Source: a virus
Taxonomy: Duplodnaviria; Caudoviricetes
Strand: one strand, 5' to 3'
DNA length: 41,500 bases
IMG/VR virus record: IMGVR_UViG_3300033067_000221
Span: 1-41,500 of that record
Shown in pieces: positions 37,869 to 41,500 of the stretch; positions within the stretch are counted from its first letter, which is position 1, and the number at the start of each line of letters is the position of its first letter. The notes under the pieces are model-generated. The model was not told where the DNA came from, ran no database searches, and saw nothing but the letters and a program-made list of their open reading frames with translations. A program made the translations under genes and the position numbers.

Positions 37869-37873
37869 GAACA

Positions 37874-37924
37874 ATTTGAAGAATATTATTCTTATTTTTG
37901 GCCTATTTGAAGAATATTATTCTT
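37874..37924. repeat. 20-bp direct repeat with palindromic core (operator-like)
   Basis: ATTTGAAGAATATTATTCTT at 37874-37893 and 37905-37924. Confidence 0.8.
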
Positions 37925-38147
37925 CGGGATCGGTGTAGAGTTCCATCAAATCGCACTCATCTGGCCTAGTGCGATCAAAAACATAGGCAATTTTACCATT
38001 GCGAACATTGTATAGGAAATACTCCGCTTCATCTTGAAGGAATTTCCCCTGTTTTCGCAATGGCTTTGTCACGGTGCCATTGCGACGAACATAACGCTTT
38101 TCAGCTTTGAGGATAAGCCTTGACTTGCAGTTGTATGTTTTCGGCAT
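37917..38147 (-). CDS. hypothetical protein
   Basis: 76 aa with an AAAGGA RBS. Confidence 0.7.
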   Translation of the reverse strand: MPKTYNCKSRLILKAEKRYVRRNGTVTKPLRKQGKFLQDEAEYFLYNVRNGKIAYVFDRTRPDECDLMELYTDPEE

Positions 38148-38224
38148 TGTTGTTCCTTTTCATTTTTCCATGATTGCAGTTTAGACAGATTTTGCCCAAA
38201 CTGCAAGTATTGAAGCATGAAGCT

Positions 38225-38437
38225 TTAGAACTTTTTCAAAGCTTCCTTCACTGCCTTAGCTTCCTCGCCACGCCATTGAGACAAGTTATTGAGAATGTAG
38301 AGGCATTGAACATGCCTTTCATGCCCTGTCATTCCCTTGCCATCGGAAGCATATGACGCAGCATATTGGATTAATGCGCCCGGTTTAGCGAATGCTGCGG
38401 CATTGATTACCTTCTGCAAAGCAATTTCATATTCCAT
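38225..38437 (-). CDS. conserved phage hypothetical protein
   Basis: VQCLYILNNLSQWRGEEAKAVKEALK motif; GAAAGGG RBS before MEYEI. Confidence 0.7.
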   Translation of the reverse strand: MEYEIALQKVINAAAFAKPGALIQYAASYASDGKGMTGHERHVQCLYILNNLSQWRGEEAKAVKEALKKF

Positions 38438-38743
38438 GTTTTGCCCTTTCATGCTTGGTTTTGTCGTTCATAGTAGTTCCTTTCCGCACATTGTGCGCTA
38501 GTTTACAGAAAGCGTTATTGCCCTGCTTAATTCTATTTAATGTTGCAGTCGAAAAGCGAAGGAAATGGCGACTGCAAAGGTTAAATAGAATTTAGTAAGA
38601 TCAACTCTCCTCAATCGGAATAACGTTATTAAGCATTGGTATTCCTTCCTCGGTTGAGGCGAAATAAACTCGCCAGTTTTGGTATTATTACCAAAAGTGC
38701 CTTTTCACGGCAGGCATTGCGTTTACAATGCCTGCCAGAAAAA

Positions 38744-39040
38744 TCACTTCATGTTGCGGATTAGCGTGTTAAACTCAATTCCGATGCCGGTGTTGCGGAA
38801 GGCATCGCCCGTCTTGTTCGTCTTGGGCGTCACGTTCGCGGCGCACGCAGCGGTTGCCTTTTCGGTGAGGACGTAGCCACCTTTGCAGATTTTGACGAAG
38901 TTCAGCAACAGCGTCTGCGAGACAACCGGCGCGGCATCCGTCTGCACGGTCGGAAGGCTGGCATTCTCAATGGTCGCGTCTTGTGCGTAGACGCCGGCGC
39001 CGGTGACGGCGAAGGCGAAGGCAAGAGCAAAGGCTTTCAT
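38744..39040 (-). CDS. secreted/periplasmic protein with a Sec signal peptide
   Basis: MKAFALAFAFAVTGAGVYA-QD signal; two Cys; GAAAGGG RBS; GC3-rich codons. Confidence 0.75.
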   Translation of the reverse strand: MKAFALAFAFAVTGAGVYAQDATIENASLPTVQTDAAPVVSQTLLLNFVKICKGGYVLTEKATAACAANVTPKTNKTGDAFRNTGIGIEFNTLIRNMK

Positions 39041-39053
39041 GGTCGTTTCCCTT

Positions 39054-39248
39054 TCAGGTTTCTGCGGCACCATTGCCGCTTTCCATAGGTGTATCTTGCA
39101 TCAAGCGAAGGAACAATGCAACAGTTTTCTGTAGAACATTTTCCCTCATTTCTAGCATGTTCCAAAACATCGTTCTATTTCTTCGGGATGATGTAGAATA
39201 AAATATAACTTCAACGGCAAACATCCCCGGTAAAATGGTTTTAACCAT
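39054..39248 (-). CDS. hypothetical protein
   Basis: 64 aa ORF with a weak RBS; the start lies inside a hairpin. Confidence 0.4.
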   Translation of the reverse strand: MVKTILPGMFAVEVIFYSTSSRRNRTMFWNMLEMRENVLQKTVALFLRLMQDTPMESGNGAAET

Positions 39249-39365
39249 TTAAACCGGAGACATTTAAGATGCACTCTCCGCTTCAATAGAAGAAACAGAG
39301 AGAAATAACAAACAGGGATGGCAGTGATTGACCCTCAACGGCCTTGAACGCTTCTAGACGTGTGA

Positions 39366-39500
39366 CTAGAACCGATCCCTTTCGTCCGGGCCAAAGTCAA
39401 TGTTCTTCCACATCCATTGGGCGAGGATGGTGCAGATAACACCAATGAACATGCCATAGACGTAGGTGGCGAGTGACAGCAAGCTGAACGGGTCACACAT
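39366..39500 (-). CDS. small single-pass membrane protein (44 aa)
   Basis: Not in the track. MCDPFSLLSLATYVYGMFIGVICTILAQWMWKNIDFGPDERDRF; start overlaps the upstream stop. Confidence 0.6.
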   Translation of the reverse strand: MCDPFSLLSLATYVYGMFIGVICTILAQWMWKNIDFGPDERDRF

Positions 39501-39684
39501 CGACTTTCCCTTTCCCGCGCTTGTTCAGCATGTCCATGGCAGCGACAATGTGCATGCCCGTCAACGTGGCGAAAGCGTAGACCATCCCGGTGGCAACATC
39601 GCTGTAACCATCGCGCCAATGCTCACAACAGGCCTGCGCCAGTTCGTCGATCGCCGCTTGCGTGATGTTCTTCTTCATGGTCAT
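39493..39684 (-). CDS. hypothetical early protein
   Basis: ATG at 39684 with a GAAAGGA RBS. Confidence 0.7.
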   Translation of the reverse strand: MTMKKNITQAAIDELAQACCEHWRDGYSDVATGMVYAFATLTGMHIVAAMDMLNKRGKGKVDV

Positions 39685-39775
39685 GTTTCCTTTCGTTAAA
39701 CATGGTTTAATGGTAGTGAAGTCATAAATGACGCGAGCAAGCCGATTGCCCAAACTCGCGTCACATAAACGTCAC

Positions 39776-39955
39776 TTAGTAGCCAAGCCAGCGAAGGACT
39801 TGTTGTGCGTCGTAGACGTCGCTGTCACCTTCTTCTTCGATGAACAATTCAAGGTCTTCGTCGGTCACTCCATGGTTTCGCAATTCTGCCACAGCTCGCC
39901 TTTTCGTGATCGTCACGCCCTTAGCGCTGTCATAGTAGGTCATCTGTTCCATCAT
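39776..39955 (-). CDS. first early gene product, small acidic protein (59 aa)
   Basis: Not in the track. MMEQMTYYDSAKGVTITKRRAVAELRNHG...YDAQQVLRWLGY; GAAGGA RBS. Confidence 0.75.
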   Translation of the reverse strand: MMEQMTYYDSAKGVTITKRRAVAELRNHGVTDEDLELFIEEEGDSDVYDAQQVLRWLGY

Positions 39956-39988
39956 CTTCGTCCTTCTCTGTGTTGCTGCAATGATTTA

Positions 39989-40017
39989 AGATTGTATCCG
40001 ATCTTTTGATTTGTCAA
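39989..40017 (-). promoter_or_regulatory. leftward early promoter
   Basis: CTTGACA followed by TACAAT (15-bp spacer) or CAATCT (17-bp spacer), just upstream of the first early gene. Confidence 0.5.
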
Positions 40018-40285
40018 GCCACTTTTCGCGTCTCTGCAATCACGAATTGTTTCAATCCTTCGCTGATACTGTGGTATTCATGCAACAGGCTGTGGCGCTA
40101 ATGCTTTCGCTTCCTGACTGACTGCACAGTCAACGCCATCCGCGCTCGCCTTTAGGTTGAACCCCGCCCCCTTTGCCAAACCCCCGGTTGACCACTCCCG
40201 CTGGCGGCCCAATCTGACAGCAATCATCTTCGTTTTCACTCATTCCGTATAGTATTATTCTATTAAACATGTTTATTCTTTACCA

Positions 40286-40314
40286 TTGACAACGGAGTAA
40301 AGTTTAAATATAAT
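40286..40314 (+). promoter_or_regulatory. perfect consensus sigma70 promoter
   Basis: TTGACA-N17-TATAAT. Confidence 0.85.
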
Positions 40315-40453
40315 ATATTTGTATTCGGCGAATGGTAGTAATATTCTATTTATTCTTGACTAACCCCCAGGATCAAAGAATAAATACTATTTAATTCCTG
40401 AATATATCTCTCTGTCAGACTGTGGATTGTAAAATCCTATACAGTTAACTAAA

Positions 40454-40493
40454 GCCGGGGTAGTTTAAATACTACTCCGGTCTTTTTCTCTTT
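40454..40493 (+). terminator. intrinsic terminator
   Basis: CCGGGGTAGT-TTAAAT-ACTACTCCGG stem followed by TCTTTTTCTCTTT. Confidence 0.75.
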
Positions 40494-40554
40494 AAACTTT
40501 ATTTAAATGAATGAATGACGGTGACGATAATGGTGGTTTTGGTCGTTGTAAATT

Positions 40555-40580
40555 AGCCCACATCCGTGGGGCTGTTTTTA
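40555..40580 (+). terminator. second intrinsic terminator candidate
   Basis: AGCCCAC-ATCC-GTGGGGCT (one bulge) followed by GTTTTT. Confidence 0.5.
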
Positions 40581-40652
40581 TCTGTAGGTCTTATCGCCCT
40601 TGACACTCTTTATGGAGAATAAAATATATTTATTCGTTCTCGTTTAATTCTC

Positions 40653-40681
40653 TTGACTGGAGCTTTAAAATATGATATAAG
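40653..40681 (+). promoter_or_regulatory. promoter upstream of terS
   Basis: TTGACT-N17-TATAAG with a TG extended -10. Confidence 0.55.
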
Positions 40682-40790
40682 AAATCATATTCATTCAACA
40701 GGCGGGGTCTGTGTTCTTACAGAACCAGCGACGCCACGCCCGTCCCCATGCCCGGACATCTCTCCTTTTAATATATGGAATAATACTTTC

Positions 40791-41396
40791 ATGTCCAATC
40801 TTCCTCTCCCTGGTGATCCTTTAATTACATTTAACGGACCCATTCAACCTGTCGAAGGTGATGATGATGCTTCTCCGAAGTATATCTCCCGTGAAGTATT
40901 ACCACGTCTCGAAACATTCAATCCCGTGCACCGCATTGGACTGAAAGAGACACCTGAAAAAGACACTCAAGACCAGACATTAATCGCAGCCGTCATCGGT
41001 CTGCGCCTTCTTGGTCTTGATATATCCGACATTGCCTTCATGTTTAATACTGGAATGCAGAACATTAAAGACATAATTAATCGTCCCGCTGCTCAGGTGA
41101 CTTTTGAAAAAGTCTTTATGTCTATAATTCACGCGAAGGCAGATCATATCTCTGGACGCATTGCAAGTCATGCAGATAGTGCAGTGGAAAGAATTGTTCA
41201 ACTTATGGATGGAGAAAAGGTTCCTGCGATTGTGCAACTTAAAGCAGCACAAGATATTCTTGATCGCTCTGGCACAGGTGCAGAACAATTGTTCGGCGTG
41301 AACAATAAGACTTCTCAAGAAGATGAACTGAAGATTGAATACGTTACACAGGACGGAGCACAACAGAAGCTCAGTGTATCTTTAAAACGGAAATAA
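40791..41396 (+). CDS. terS: terminase small subunit (putative)
   Basis: HTH (LGLDISDIAFMFN), AVERIVQLM and QLKAAQDILDRSG motifs; upstream of terL on the circular map. Confidence 0.7.
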   Translation: MSNLPLPGDPLITFNGPIQPVEGDDDASPKYISREVLPRLETFNPVHRIGLKETPEKDTQDQTLIAAVIGLRLLGLDISDIAFMFNTGMQNIKDIINRPAAQVTFEKVFMSIIHAKADHISGRIASHADSAVERIVQLMDGEKVPAIVQLKAAQDILDRSGTGAEQLFGVNNKTSQEDELKIEYVTQDGAQQKLSVSLKRK

Positions 41397-41404
41397 AGAC
41401 ACAA

Positions 41405-41500
41405 ATGTTATATCTAGCACGAACGAATAAAGGTGATTATGATGTGCAAATGTATATGCGCAATCATTATAGTCGGCCAATGGGATTTGTTGGTAGACAG
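41405..41500 (+). CDS. N-terminal part of a Mom/DUF4338-like protein (partial, runs off the window)
   Basis: Not in the track. MLYLARTNKGDYDVQMYMRNHYSRPMGFVGRQ; HYS...GFVGR motif. Confidence 0.55.
   Translation, partial: MLYLARTNKGDYDVQMYMRNHYSRPMGFVGRQ

Noticed and set aside
39728-40009. 93-aa + strand ORF from the track
   Set aside because: It is antisense to a better-supported RBS-led - strand gene (39776-39955) and overlaps the early promoter.
40653-40790. N-terminal extension of terS from the TTG at 40653
   Set aside because: That TTG is the -35 box of a promoter and has no RBS; ATG 40791 is more plausible.
37800-40790. CRISPR array or mini-array paired with the Cas4-like nuclease
   Set aside because: Only one 20-bp repeat pair with an 11-bp gap; the Cas4-like gene sits in a normal Sak4/SSB recombination module.
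1-41500. Temperate lifestyle or prophage
   Set aside because: No integrase, CI-like repressor with a peptidase domain, partition genes or flanking host genes were recognised.

Overview
The window is an almost complete, probably lytic podovirus-type phage genome of low GC (roughly 42-43% by eye), opened 100 bp upstream of terL. The + strand arm (40791 through the window join to 23458) carries terS, a Mom/DUF4338-like gene cut by the window edges, terL, portal, scaffold, major capsid, tail adaptor and nozzle, tail fibre, a beta-helix tailspike, a lysis cassette with spanins, a GNAT protein and ejection proteins. The - strand arm (about 39955 down to 23412) carries small early genes, a tRNA-Leu(TAA), a Cas4-like exonuclease, a Sak4-like ATPase, a DUF669 SSB, a RecD-like helicase, Lar, a UDG-fused family A DNA polymerase, a MazG-like pyrophosphatase and a dNMP kinase. 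I see no integrase, RNA polymerase or recognisable primase. The host is probably an alphaproteobacterium (inference). The strongest unexplained signal is at least 23 perfect TTAA-N7-TTAA (CtrA-box-like) sites spread over the genome. Other highlights are a promoter-driven, pseudoknot-capable RNA closed by a perfect 28-bp stem next to the tRNA, a cadherin-like Ig domain split across two tail genes, and a possible DNA-modification module. All product calls come from motif recognition by eye; no database searches were run.
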